A stretch of DNA of 63,989 bases, the filler included, from Welwitschia mirabilis (taxonomy: Eukaryota): assembly GCA_051453625.1 (NCBI GenBank). It is 14 parts of one record of this genome, joined end to end, with 100 filler letters (N's around TTAATTAATTAA, not from the genome) between each part and the next. Parts side by side here need not be neighbours in the genome. Positions count along the whole stretch, not along the records: positions 47,220 to 58,458 come from JBOZIK010000001.1; positions 58,559 to 62,149 come from JBOZIK010000001.1; positions 62,250 to 63,989 come from JBOZIK010000001.1; 11 more parts are not named here. One strand, 5' to 3'. How positions within the stretch are numbered: the first letter of the stretch is position 1; every line of letters begins with the position of its first letter. The position numbers were made by a program, and so were the translations under genes. The notes beneath the pieces were generated by a model that searched no databases, was not told the origin of the DNA, and saw only the letters and a list, made by a program, of their open reading frames with translations. This document shows, in pieces, positions 52,450-63,989 of this stretch.

Positions 52450-54855
52450 AATTATATAAGTAGAAGTGCCAAAAAGGCATTGATGGAAGTATAAAACAAA
52501 GGAATGTAGAGTGGAAGAGACTTATAATCTATAATCTTAAGCTTGAGAAACTATGTATAAAATCTTTGAGTAAAATGTTACAAATTGGAGTGAGAGATTA
52601 GTATGTTGCAATATTTAATATTCGAAGCCTATTTCGGTCAAAGCAAAGAGGTCATTGCAATATTTTTTCTTATATGAAATTAAATAGCTTTAACCATCTG
52701 TAAGTGTGTTTAACTATTTTCTTGGAGTTCCTTGCAAAAGCAAGCATGTAGCCTTTAACTAGCCTCTTATGAAAGAGATACTAGTTTATGACTTTTTTTT
52801 TAAATCAACAAATCATTATGNNNNNNNNNNGTTAAGAGTTTATGTATCATAAAGGATTTTTTGTAAATTTTAAAGATTGATGTACATATAAAATACAACT
52901 TTAGAGAATATTCCATGAAGTCAAGTGAAGGATAAGAAAGAAGAGAATTTGTAAAGGCTTAAATCATTCTAGATACAAGAGATGACTAGTATTATCATGA
53001 TGATTAACTAGCAAGCCTTTAGACAACATTACAACTATTTAATAATTTATATGACATTGAAGGGAGATAAATTCAATTTTATGAAGTGCAACAATTAAGA
53101 GAGATAGATGTAGAAGATACTTGAAAATATGGTAAAGAACTAAGCCTTCTTACTTAAATTTCGAAGACAAAACCTTTTAAGGGATGGACTATTGTCATGT
53201 CTAGATTTTTAGGATCCAAGAATCTAAATAGTTCTTAATGTTATAGAGCCTCAAACTAGTTTAANNNNNNNATGCATTTATTTTCTAATTCCTCGAGGTG
53301 TAATTTTTATCATGAAAATTTTGTGCTATAATAATATTGTCTTGTAGAAAATTTTAGTGAATTAATTTTTATGGCTATATAATTTTATTTATGGAAAGTA
53401 GTTATTATGTGGTTCTAAAAATTACTGGTTATGAGAATTATTTTAATTTACATGCGAAGCATTATTATTATCATTATGATATTGAAACACCTAGTGGCTT
53501 GGCAAGGGTTATATAATTCCCACCACTTCCACCACCTTTATCACTTCCACCATATCACTTCCTCCACCTCTACCACTCCCTTACTATGTCTTTTCATCAT
53601 CCTATACTTTCTACTATAAATAGGATACTTTTATTCTCATATTTCCATCTTGAGAAAGTTCAGAATAATGAATCTTATCATCTTTATCTTGGAGCTTGAA
53701 TAAAGCCTTGGAACCTTAGAGCTTGGAACGTTCAAAATCTTAGAATATTTATATTTATTCAGGTATGGTTTATGGCATTTATTCCATTCTTGAATGGTCC
53801 TTTATTTTTTATTCTTGCATTTCAAATAGTCTATGTTTTGAAAGGATTTTTATTTTTATTAAATCCCTGTATGATTATTATTGCATATCATTTAGAATTA
53901 TTATTTTATTCATAGTTTATACTCCTCGTATTTGTGCCTTTCTTGATTGCTTGTATCACAACCCTTCTCATCTAGCCTAGGTCTTGTGAGAGGTTCTTGA
54001 TTTGACNNNNNNNNNNNNNNNNNNNNNNNNNNNNNNNNNNNNNNNNNNNNNNNNNNNNNNNNNNNNNNNNNNNNNNNNNNNNNNNNNNNNNNNNNNNNNN
54101 NNNNNNACTTATTTTGGTTATTGACCTTAATTGATAATCTTTAAATAAAGAAGCTAAATTTGCCTATGGTAACTTGTTGTTCAGACTTTAAAGAGAGATG
54201 CTTTATGAAAGGAGTCCCAAGGCCATGGGACTGAGCTTCCGGGATGAATAATAAAAATGTGATCAATTTACCATTTGTCCCTTCTAGTTTGTATGTAACT
54301 GGTTTATCGGAATCTATTATGGAGTAACAGTAAAAGAAGATTAATTGAAAAAGGAGCCTTAGTCTTTCTGGTTATGTCTTGATATTCCTTTTCACTTGAA
54401 AAATTCCTTATCATCTCGTACCTTGTCATAGTCCACATTGGGGACTGTGATGATTTCACAATTCTCATACCATATTATATGTGTAGGTTTAGNNNNNNNN
54501 NNNNNNNNNNNNNNNNNNNNNNNNNNNNNNNNNNNNNNNNNNNNNNNNNNNNNNNNNNNNNNNNNNNNNNNNNNNNNNNNNNNNNNNNNNNNNNNNNNNN
54601 NNNNATGTTATTATTATAAATTTTTTATTAATGTTATAACTCTCCTATTATTCTTAAATCTGTTTAAAATTTGACATGTTCTTCATGTTATTATGATGTT
54701 GTAATTTCCTCTAGATAATCACAATTTATTATTAGATTGAGATCTTATTCAAAACATGATAAATTTTTAATTTAGTACATAATCATGATGAGATAGATTG
54801 AAGACATTGCATTAAGAAACATCCATAGTTTTGGTTAAAAAATTAGGACATTACA
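52450..54855 (+). mobile_element. Tekay/Del-like gypsy 3' end with LTR 53193-54855
   Basis: TTTCGAAGACAAAACCTTTTAAGGGATGGACTAT precedes TGTCATGTC and resembles the Tekay pre-LTR/PPT signature. The LTR ends GGACATTACA, with TATAAATAGG near 53615. Weak integrase-tail-like sequence upstream. Confidence 0.7.
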
Positions 54856-55978
54856 CATTTTTTACACAATAAGTTAATCTTTAGATGATTAGGTTCTTAT
54901 CTTTTAGAGAAAGTGCATTCTAATGAATCAGTTGGGATTCTCAATTTGAACACCAGGAAAATTCAGAAAGTTAATGGATAAAGGTTAAAAATCCATGAAT
55001 CACTTAATGTTTAAATCTTGAACATAATAGAAGCACTTATCTTGAAAGTTCTCTTACCATTGTCTGAATTCTTCCCAGCTAATTCCTTTTGTTAATATCA
55101 TGCTATTACTTAAATATTTTTAACTTGACTTATGTTTTACTTTATGAGGTCATCATAACTAGTAATCTTTTACTTTGGTATTTTGAACTGATAAGATTGA
55201 ATTCACCTAATGTTGAGACATTCATAATCTATAAAATTCATTTTGAATGAAGATTTCTTGGTTCTTTTGTTCTCTCTCAATGATGTAAGTCTTTAGTTAT
55301 TTGGATGTGTTCTTCCTTGTTTATTATCTCATTGCTTCACTCTCATCCTTTAGAGTACTTGGTCATGTGGGATATTTATTTCNNNNNNNNNNNNNNNNNN
55401 NNNNNNNNNNNNNNNNNNNNNNNNNNNNNNNNNNNNNNNNNNNNNNNNNNNNNNNNNNNNNNNNNNNNNNNNNNNNNNNNNNTTTATTTCAAAAAAAAAA
55501 AAAAAGAATAAATAATGGTCATGACTTGTATCTGAGCTAAATACATAGTCATCATGATGTCCTATTACACTGAGGTAAATTTTCCTAAGAGGGATATTTT
55601 TAATGTTGGTAGCTATGGGAAGTTCACTCACGGGTCAGTTGGTCATGCTTCATGGATTTTTACTCCTCTTATGGTGGTTACACACTCATCATCATGAAAT
55701 AATAATAATCACTTTAAGGCTAACGAATCAGTTATGTTTCTAGTATTATCAGAGGCATTGTTTCTTTTCTAGACTCATTGAGTATAGTATTTTCACATGA
55801 TCATTTCAGTTTTTAGATTTTAGTATGGNNNNNNNNNNNNNNNNNNNNNNNNNNNNNNNNAGTAGCTTTTGATCTTATCATTTATTATTTAAAAACATTA
55901 AATATACTTAGCATCATCATAATTACTACCTATTCAAGTGGTAGTTTATAAAGCTTTCTACATCATGTCATACATGAT
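54856..55978 (+). mobile_element. Athila-like integrase C-terminus and 3' UTR
   Basis: KLIFR*LGSY...QKVNG*RLKIH at 54870-55000, colinear with 31471-31790, followed by the conserved 3' UTR block. Confidence 0.8.
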
Positions 55979-58458
55979 TATTGCGCTACTAATTTGTGAT
56001 TATTTTATGGGGTTTTATGAGTTGTTTTATAGGACTTTTATACAGGTTTAGGTGCAATTTTGAGGATTTTAGAGATACAAGATGAAATCTTAAAAATGTT
56101 CGATTCTTATTTANNNNNNNNNNNNNNNNNNNNNNNNNNNNNNNNNNNNNNNNNNNNNNNNNNNNNNNNNNNNNNNNNNNNNNNNNNNNNNNNNNNNNNN
56201 NNNNNNNNNNNNNNNNNNNNNNNNNNNNNNNNNNNNNNNNNNNNNNNNNNNNNNNNNNNNNNNNNNNNNNNNNNNNNNNNNNNNNNNNNNNNNNNNNNNN
56301 NNNNNNNNNNNNNNNNNNNNNNNNNNNNNNNNNNNNNNNNNNNNNNNNNNNNNNNNNNNNNNNNNNNNNNNNNNNNNNNNNNNNNNNNNNNNNNNNNNNN
56401 NNNNNNNNNNNNNNNNNNNNNNNNNNNNNNNNNNNNNNNNNNNNNNNNNNNNNNNNNNNNNNNNNNNNNNNNNNNNNNNNNNNNNNNNNNNNNNNNNNNN
56501 NNNNNNNNNNNNNNNNNNNNNNNNNNNNNNNNNNNNNNNNNNNNNNNNNNNNNNNNNNNNNNNNNNNNNNNNNNNNNNNNNNNNNNNNNNNNNNNNNNNN
56601 NNNNNNNNNNNNNNNNNNNNNNNNNNNNNNNNNNNNNNNNNNNNNNNNNNNNNNNNNNNNNNNNNNNNNNNNNNNNNNNNNNNNNNNNNNNNNNNNNNNN
56701 NNNNNNNNNNNNNNNNNNNNNNNNNNNNNNNNNNNNNNNNNNNNNNNNNNNNNNNNNNNNNNNNNNNNNNNNNNNNNNNNNNNNNNNNNNNNNNNNNNNN
56801 NNNNNNNNNNNNNNNNNNNNNNNCAGGAATGACGACGACTGTTGATGTGGACTGCTTAATCACTGCTGAGTCATTATTCTGAGTCATCTTTTGTAATGTG
56901 TTGTCATTCCCATTATCATCTGGATGACAGTTAGGATGACACTAACATGTAACCAACTCTGACAGTGACCCTTGATTGTTTTGTCCATTTCTGAGTTGTA
57001 AATGAGATGCATTTCTACACCTACCATTTGTCTTTCTGTTGTGAGTTGTTATAAATAAACCCTCCTTTAACTCTCCTTCTCATCTTCATTGCACTGGAAA
57101 TTCTTGTGATAGGAGATTAAAGGGTGAGAGATTCATCTTAAGTATTNNNNNNNNNNNNNNNNNNNNNNNNNNNNNNNNNNNNNNNNNNNNNNNNNNNNNN
57201 NNNNNATAACTAAGATGCTTGTTACACTTTTGAATTATAGATTTTTTGATAACCCTAATAGTCTATGTTGCCCTTGATCTAGTGACAATTTCTTGGGTGA
57301 TATAGATTAATAAGGCATCCTTTGTTAAGGTTGAAAGCAAGTAGTATTAGTTCATTTTGCATTCAACTAGATTAGTTACTACATTGCATTCCCTTATTTC
57401 CATATATTATTATTTATTTCTAGTTCTTATTCCATTTTGCAAAGAAACCTAAGTCTCATCTCATAGTTTTCGATATGAATATGACATTTCGAGTCTACTC
57501 CCACTCATACTAGTGTATTATATTGTGTAAGATATCTATTTATTTTATGAATGATAGAATCCTTTTAAACTTAAACACTTATACAAATACACACCACAAC
57601 AAATTAGCACCATTGCCAAGGAAGACTATTGAGGAGTATAAGGGTTTTCATCATTCAAGTAAGTATATCAGACTTCTATTTGGTTATTTATCTATGCAGC
57701 ATTGTATTTTATTAGGAACTATAGGTTTTCTGTGTGCAATTTTTTAGTTTTGGTTTTTCAGTTTTAGTTTCTATAGAAAAATAGTGATCGTCCCTTCTAT
57801 CGTCCCCACAATAGTCAGAACGATAGTGTGCGACTTTTCCTTTGAGTTTTATTTTCATTTGTTGATTTTTCTACAATAAATTAGTTTCTGTCATCTCTTA
57901 TTCCATCTGAATAACTAGGAGGATGATAGGTTTTTTCCCTGAGTTTTCTGCTTTCTATTTTGGTTTTTGTTCTATCTCTATTTTTTTTTATTTTTATATG
58001 TATCTGTTATTTTTTATCTTATTTTCTATTGTTTACTGTTTGCAGGATGCTGTAATATGATCAATCTTAAGAAGAAATATCAGAGAGAAAAGCAGCTGAT
58101 AGAAAAGAACATCAAAGAAGGATTGGTGAACATAGAAAATAAATTGGAAAAGCATTCTCGAGGTGCACTTAATCCTCCTTCTGAATTTATTTTTTCTGAA
58201 TCTGATTTTCTTAAGAGAAACCCTATAGAATAAGAGAACCAATTCACAATATCAAGTGCATCCTATAAGCAAAAACAAGTCATAGGATCTTTTACCCCTA
58301 ATGCAAACCTTACCCTAAGGGAATTGTTAGTTAATAAAAAATGAGAAATTCCAACTCCTTTTGATCTATCTCCAAGAGATGATGTTAAGCTTAAAAACCT
58401 AAATGCCTATCCAACTTTTAGTGAAGAAGATGATGAGGATTTCTTTTACCACATTGCA
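55979..58458 (+). mobile_element. Athila-like 5' LTR subtype B (55979-57601), PBS (57605-57622), leader and gag start
   Basis: LTR ends ACACACCACAACA, followed by AAT and TAGCACCATTGCCAAGGA. gag from about 58050 matches 19755-20002 and continues to YPTFSEEDDEDFFYH. Confidence 0.85.
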
Positions 58459-58558
58459 NNNNNNNNNNNNNNNNNNNNNNNNNNNNNNNNNNNNNNNNNN
58501 NNTTAATTAATTAANNNNNNNNNNNNNNNNNNNNNNNNNNNNNNNNNNNNNNNNNNNN

Positions 58559-61500
58559 GGGGATGATGATCTTCTTTGATCATTTCCTTAAATAGAACTT
58601 AACATTTTTGTCATTAATTCTTTTCAAAGCTCTATGCATTAGAAAGCGCCTTTAATATATCAAATTAATATAAGAATTACACTTTTCTAAGATTTCCTCT
58701 TATACCTTCAAAATGCTTAAAATTACACCTAAACCTATATGAAAGTCCTACAAAACAACTTATAAAATTCTATCAAATAACATTAAATTAGTAGCACAAT
58801 ATAGCCTTCCACTTAGCCTTTCTTAGTCCTTGACAAAAACTAGACAAAAAAAAATAATTATGAGCCAATTTATTTTTTAAAAGATAAATCTGGAAGTTAT
58901 AAAATAGGCTTATAAAATAGATTATATAGATNNNNNNNNNNAACATGTATAAAAGTCCTATAAAATAACTCATAAAACCCCATCAAATAACCACAAATTA
59001 ATAATGCAACATAGCCTTTCACTTAGCCTTTGTTAGTCCCTGATAAAAACCAAGTGGAAAAAAACTATAATTGCAAGCCAATTTATTTTTTAAAAGATAA
59101 ATCTGGAAGTTATAAAATAGGCTTATAAAATAGATTATATAGATAAGTGATAAGTAATGCATAATGTGTATGAAAATTTGAAAATTTTATGTCATAAAAG
59201 CTCTAAATTTAGTTAAAATTTTTGAAAATGAGTCATAAAAATAGGTCTTTATTCCCCCAAATAAAAAGCAATATCTCCCATATTAGAAATTAAAGTACAG
59301 AAAGCAAATGAGAATGAGAAGATAGGTAAAAGGGGATAACTTTCTAAATAAAGTATAAAGCTGAGTAATATCAATTTTGAAAAATATAGAGATATAAAAT
59401 ATTCTAATAAGTGAAGAAAAAGTATGGACAATGAAAAACTGTTTCATCATGAAAAATGAGGAAGATCAGTGCTCACAACACCAAAAATATAGAATAAATA
59501 ATACAAAATATTTCCTAAGCAAAAAAAAAAGTTTTTTATTGAAAACTGAATAAGGAAAACTTACTATGAAAATACAGCAATTACTTTAAAATAACTAACC
59601 AAACCATAAAAGCAAAACAAGAAGAATGAGCATAAGAAAACATAAAAGATAGCTCACCGATCTAATATTTTAACCTATAAAACTCTCATAAAAGAAATCA
59701 TAACATTACTTGATATAAAAAATGCATGTCTTAATGTACAAAAATTCCATTTAATAAGCAGTGATTATGACGATGCTAGAGTAAAATTCTTTAAACAATG
59801 AATGATAAGACCAAAGAATTACTTAAAAAAAATGAACTCTCTTATTGTCATCTCAAAAGAAACACCCAAATCTCAAGAAATGAAATGATCATGTGGAAGA
59901 ATTAAGAATCTAGAAAACAAGCAATGCCTCTAATTATACTAGGAACACCACTAAGCCATAGCCTCAAAGTAAAATACAATTTTATTATCCATGATGAGGG
60001 AAGTACAACCACAGTTAAAGAAGTAAGGACCCACGAAGTATGGCTAACTAACCTCCTAATGGAGTTTTCATAGCTACCATATTACATTACCAAAGGCTCC
60101 TCTTCAAAATATTTACCCTAATGTACTTGTGGTAGGATGTCATGATGACCATGTTTTTGAGATAGCACAAATAAAAACATCATGTTCTTTACTTTACGCT
60201 CTTCTCTTTTTTTAAAGAAAAAAAAAAAGAAACCAACATTCCACATCACCAAACACTTCCAAAAAACAAAGGTGAAAGTCGGAATATTTAAGATAGAAAA
60301 GAACATCATTAAACAATCTAATATATTTTCACCATTAAGAAAAGCATCAAAAATAAAGCATATTCCTTTAATTAAAGTTCATGGACATGTAACTGTCCTA
60401 AGATTAGATGAATCCAATCTTACCACTGTAGGTGCTCAAGAAAAAAGACTAATCATGAAAATAATTACATAAATAATTTTTAAAAAATGATCAAGTAATG
60501 CCATAATAATATTTCAAAGGAAAAAGCTAAGAGAATTAGTTCCTGTAATTCTTAAGCAATTAAGTTAAAGATTTCAACAGAGCCATAAAAATGTATTCTC
60601 CCAAAATACCAGAAAACAAAATTTAACATTTTATTAACTATTGTCTTACTTATCATCCAGATGACAGAGAGGACTATAGAGAAAGAGAAATAGAAAATTA
60701 AGATAAAAACATAGAAAATTATCAGAAAACTAAAAAATTTAACAAATTTAATTGTCATCCATCTTGTCGCAAGGACAACATAGAAGATAACATATTATTA
60801 ACAGAGAGTAGAAAATACAAAAACTATAAACAAAAACAAAATTCAAAAATAGATGATGAAAATAGAGAAAACAGAAATTGAAAATTAAAAGTACGATGAA
60901 AATCAAAAAGAAAAATTAAGGCCAACAAATTTTATTCAATTTTCAAAATCTAACTTACACTTTTAAAGAAAGTAAGAAAGAAAAAGAAACATGATTTCAA
61001 GATTTTCAGAAAAATGAGGTCCAAACCAAATATTCACCAATCATGAAAAGTATATAATCATTTTTTAGTAAAATCAGTTGGAAGATAAAAGAATAAAAAG
61101 ATAATACCTTAATAGCATAATTTTTAGAATTCAGATAAGAGATAAGAGAATGATAAGTATCATTGAAAAATGATCTCTTATGAAAATTTTTAGTATCTTG
61201 GGCATCATTGTGAAAGGCATGTGAAAAGGAATTCAAAGAAATTTTTTGATATTATTTTGAAGGATCTCTAAAATATTTTATACATTTGATTTAGAACATG
61301 AATTTTTAAGGATAAAATAAAACTTTTTCAATTTTACATAAGCACGTGACAATTTGTTTTCATAAGCATTAATGTAAGAGACAAAAAATTCATACAACTC
61401 ATGGAAAAATAGTCTCTTATCAAACTCATGATGTAAAAGATTTGAAACATAAATTTTATTTAGAGCTTAATATTGAACATGAAAGGCTTAATTTAATATC

Positions 61501-61829
61501 CAAGGATTTGTAAGAAACTTCTTAAAGTAAGAGATTAAGATAGGTTTAACATACTTCAGAAGCTTTTTAATATTTAATTTCAAACATGGATTGGAATCAA
61601 GAAGATATGATTTTTCTCAATTAAGAATTCCATGATATCTTAAATTTTGTTTTCAAAAAGAATGATTAATAGAAGCACATGATAAAGTTGACTTTGCAAA
61701 TGAGAAAAGATATTATTTTTTGCACATGAAGTTATCAAAGAAAGAGCTTAGGAGATTTTTGAACTCAAGTCCTTAAGATGATGTGGTTCATTAATTTCAG
61801 TGACAAGAACGTGATTTGGATAGGTATTT
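58559..61829 (-). mobile_element. Athila-like 3' region on minus strand: 3' UTR, PPT and LTR subtype B start (junction duplicated)
   Basis: Minus-strand GGCTAAGTGAAAGGCTA then TGTTGC at 59011, with a second junction copy at 58801. The 3' UTR matches 28640-28800 and 39400-39600. Confidence 0.75.
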
Positions 61830-62149
61830 TATTGTGATGCATATTTATGCAGTCGTTTTATGTCCTAAGCTAAATCTTGTTAATCATAAATATTATGCAC
61901 AAATACAACACACTAGTATAGATGGGAGTGATCCGAAATGTTGTAATTCCGTCAAAGGCTAATAGTATGGGAGTATAAGAGTTGATTTCGAGATAGAAAT
62001 ATGTAGCTCTAATCTACTGAAATAAATTGTAATACATGAAATTAAAATATGCTTGTGCAAAATTAATCTAACAAAAGAAATAATGATGCACCTAAACTAA
62101 TTAAGCTCAACCTTGATAAAGGCTATCCTCATAATCTATATAATAGAAG
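61830..62149 (-). mobile_element. LTR subtype A 3' end on minus strand with no PBS (3' or solo LTR)
   Basis: Reverse complement matches 26340-26657 and ends AAATATGCATCACAATA. Confidence 0.8.
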
Positions 62150-62249
62150 NNNNNNNNNNNNNNNNNNNNNNNNNNNNNNNNNNNNNNNNNNNNTTAATTA
62201 ATTAANNNNNNNNNNNNNNNNNNNNNNNNNNNNNNNNNNNNNNNNNNNN

Positions 62250-63334
62250 AAAATCTTGAAAAAATTAAAACTAATATAATACATGAAGAACTGTATAAAA
62301 ACTATCATCCAATTGATCATCTACACGACTCTATGGATGAAAAAACACTTAAGCAAAGGAGGATGCTAATGGAAATTAATCTAATAGCTGATATGGAACC
62401 CTTATAAGGTGGCATCATCTATTGCATTGTTAGGATAACTAGTAGGATGACACTAAATATATGCTTTACCAAACTTTACCAAACTCTAGCCATTTGTCAT
62501 TTAATTTCTTATGCGATTATTAGGGTTATGCCTATGCTTCTTAGTCTTATTTGTTTGTAAAGTATATCTCATTAATAAACATTAACTCTGTCATTGACTC
62601 CTATTTATCTTCGTATACACCATAAATTCTCATGATAAGAGATCAAAGGTCTAGAGATCCATCCATAATTGTTACAAAGAGATGTCTTCCTTGGTATTGG
62701 TCTATGTATTCTCCATTTAGATGCTGCTACTTTGTAACAAATATGTCGGTTTGATTTTAATTTAAAACTTTTTTCTATTTTTCATATCTTTATTTTGTGC
62801 ATGTTTCTTATAGTTTATATTGCTTCTAATTCTGCGATAGCTTCTTTAGTGATATAGATTATAAGGGCAACATTTGTTAAGGTTGAGCATTTTTAGTTTA
62901 GGTTCATTGTATTTCTTTTCTTAGACTAACTTTACATAGTTTTAATATTCTGTTTAATGTACTTAATAGCTTAAGTTGATCTCGATCTGATGATGGAATT
63001 TCTTGATTGATCTAGGTTATACAAGGCTAATCTTTATGATAGGTTGATCTAGTAATCGAAAAAAAGTTACACTTAGTTTAATTTTGCATTTCATTTGCAT
63101 AAGTGTATTTGCATTGTTATTTCTGCATTGTTATTTACTTTATACTTTAAATATACATAGTGCTTCATTCATGAAATCAATTCTCTTGCTTCTCGCTTGT
63201 GCCTTTAATGAGAATATGAGATTTAAGTCACTTCCATCTATGTTAGTATGTTGTGTTGTGAAAAATTTATATTGATTTATGAATGATAGGATCTTCTTAA
63301 GAGGGTAACATTTGCACAAATATGCACCACAACA
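62250..63334 (+). mobile_element. Athila-like LTR (subtype B-like), 3' or solo
   Basis: Colinear with 56900-57601. Ends AAATATGCACCACAACA and no PBS follows. Confidence 0.75.
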
Positions 63335-63750
63335 TTAGGGTCCTTAGTTTTTCAATGCATAAAAAGTAACATTTATCTTAAGTAATTAAGGCCACCCTAG
63401 CATAGTTAAGTTGTTAATTTCCTATATTTAACTATTTTAAACTTCATTTATTCCTTTTTAATTAGAAAAATTTATTTCATGCCTTAGTACATAACCTTTT
63501 CATATTTATAGCTATATAAGACATCATATGCCAAAAACTCGAGTGTGAATTGGATACAAAAACTAGTGGTATGCTTACTATCATGATGAACCAATTACTA
63601 TTAGAGTTTGAATTTCATCTTTACATTCCTAAATCATCTTTGAATGATGAGTTAATTGAGCTTATGGATTATTCCAAATTATATACAAAAATTACTACAA
63701 ATATTTTCTAAGAGAAAGCACTTAATTTAATCTTATGACTAAAGAAAGAC

Positions 63751-63989
63751 TATTTCACTGCCAATTTACGGTTATTTAATGGAATTTTATGAGTTGTTTT
63801 ATAGGTCTTTTATATAGGTTTAGGTGCAATTCTAAGGATTTTGGAGATATAAGAGAAAATCTTTGAAAAGTATAATTCTTATTCAAATTTGATGTCTTAA
63901 AGGCACTTTCTAATGAAAAGAACTTTGAAGAAGGATTTCTGACAAAAATGCTAAGTTCTCTTTAAGAAAATAACAAAAGAAAACTATCA
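63751..63989 (+). mobile_element. Start of another LTR subtype B, running off the window
   Basis: GCCAATTTACGGTTATTTAATGGAATTTTATGAGTTGTTTTATAGG matches 55985-56113 and the reverse complement of 37100-37325. Confidence 0.75.

Larger units (their letters stand above)
8118..62249. other. 13 artificial scaffold-joining spacers (44 N + TTAATTAATTAA + 44 N = 100 bp)
   Basis: The identical 12-mer is centred in 100-bp N blocks at 8118-8217, 10420-10519, 12926-13025, 17166-17265, 19637-19736, 23109-23208, 26826-26925, 31371-31470, 34287-34386, 39667-39766, 47120-47219, 58459-58558 and 62150-62249. It is palindromic and gives TAA stops in all six frames. Confidence 0.97.

Noticed and set aside
3077..56887. 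Long ORFs in the supplied track (for example 3079-4074, 23757-24686, 43367-44341)
   Set aside because: They are almost entirely X from N gaps and carry no coding evidence.
8162..62205. TTAATTAATTAA repeated 13 times as a possible CRISPR-like array, recombination site or novel repeat system
   Set aside because: It is always centred in exactly 44 N on each side and encodes stops in six frames. This is an assembly linker, not biological sequence.
25470..63000. CTGATGA motifs (about 25477 and 62987) as hammerhead ribozyme cores of a retrozyme
   Set aside because: I saw no properly spaced GAAA with flanking stems, and one occurrence is simply the FPDE codons of pol.

Overview
AT-rich, gap-riddled flowering-plant genomic DNA that is almost entirely nested, decayed LTR retrotransposons. 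It is a concatenation of 14 scaffold pieces joined by 13 identical 100-bp artificial spacers (44 N + TTAATTAATTAA + 44 N). One Athila-like Ty3/gypsy family dominates, with about ten fragments, two LTR subtypes and a tRNA-Asp-type PBS. Fragments of CRM-like and Tekay-like gypsy elements and of SIRE-like and Tork/Tnt1-like copia elements are also present. Hand translation shows two host kinase pseudogenes that are absent or unrecognisable in the ORF track: an At1g28390/At3g51990-like cytoplasmic kinase (18185-18860, minus) and a THESEUS1-like CrRLK1L kinase domain with a duplicated C-lobe (50486-52035, minus). I found no intact protein-coding gene, rRNA, tRNA or CRISPR array, and no evidence for a new biological system. 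The best leads are pol-less derivatives of the Athila-like family, repeated self-insertion near the protease, an RT lacking the usual Athila insert, and a copia target-site duplication that bridges one spacer. All family assignments come from motif recognition by eye, not database searches, and boundaries are approximate unless a terminus is quoted.
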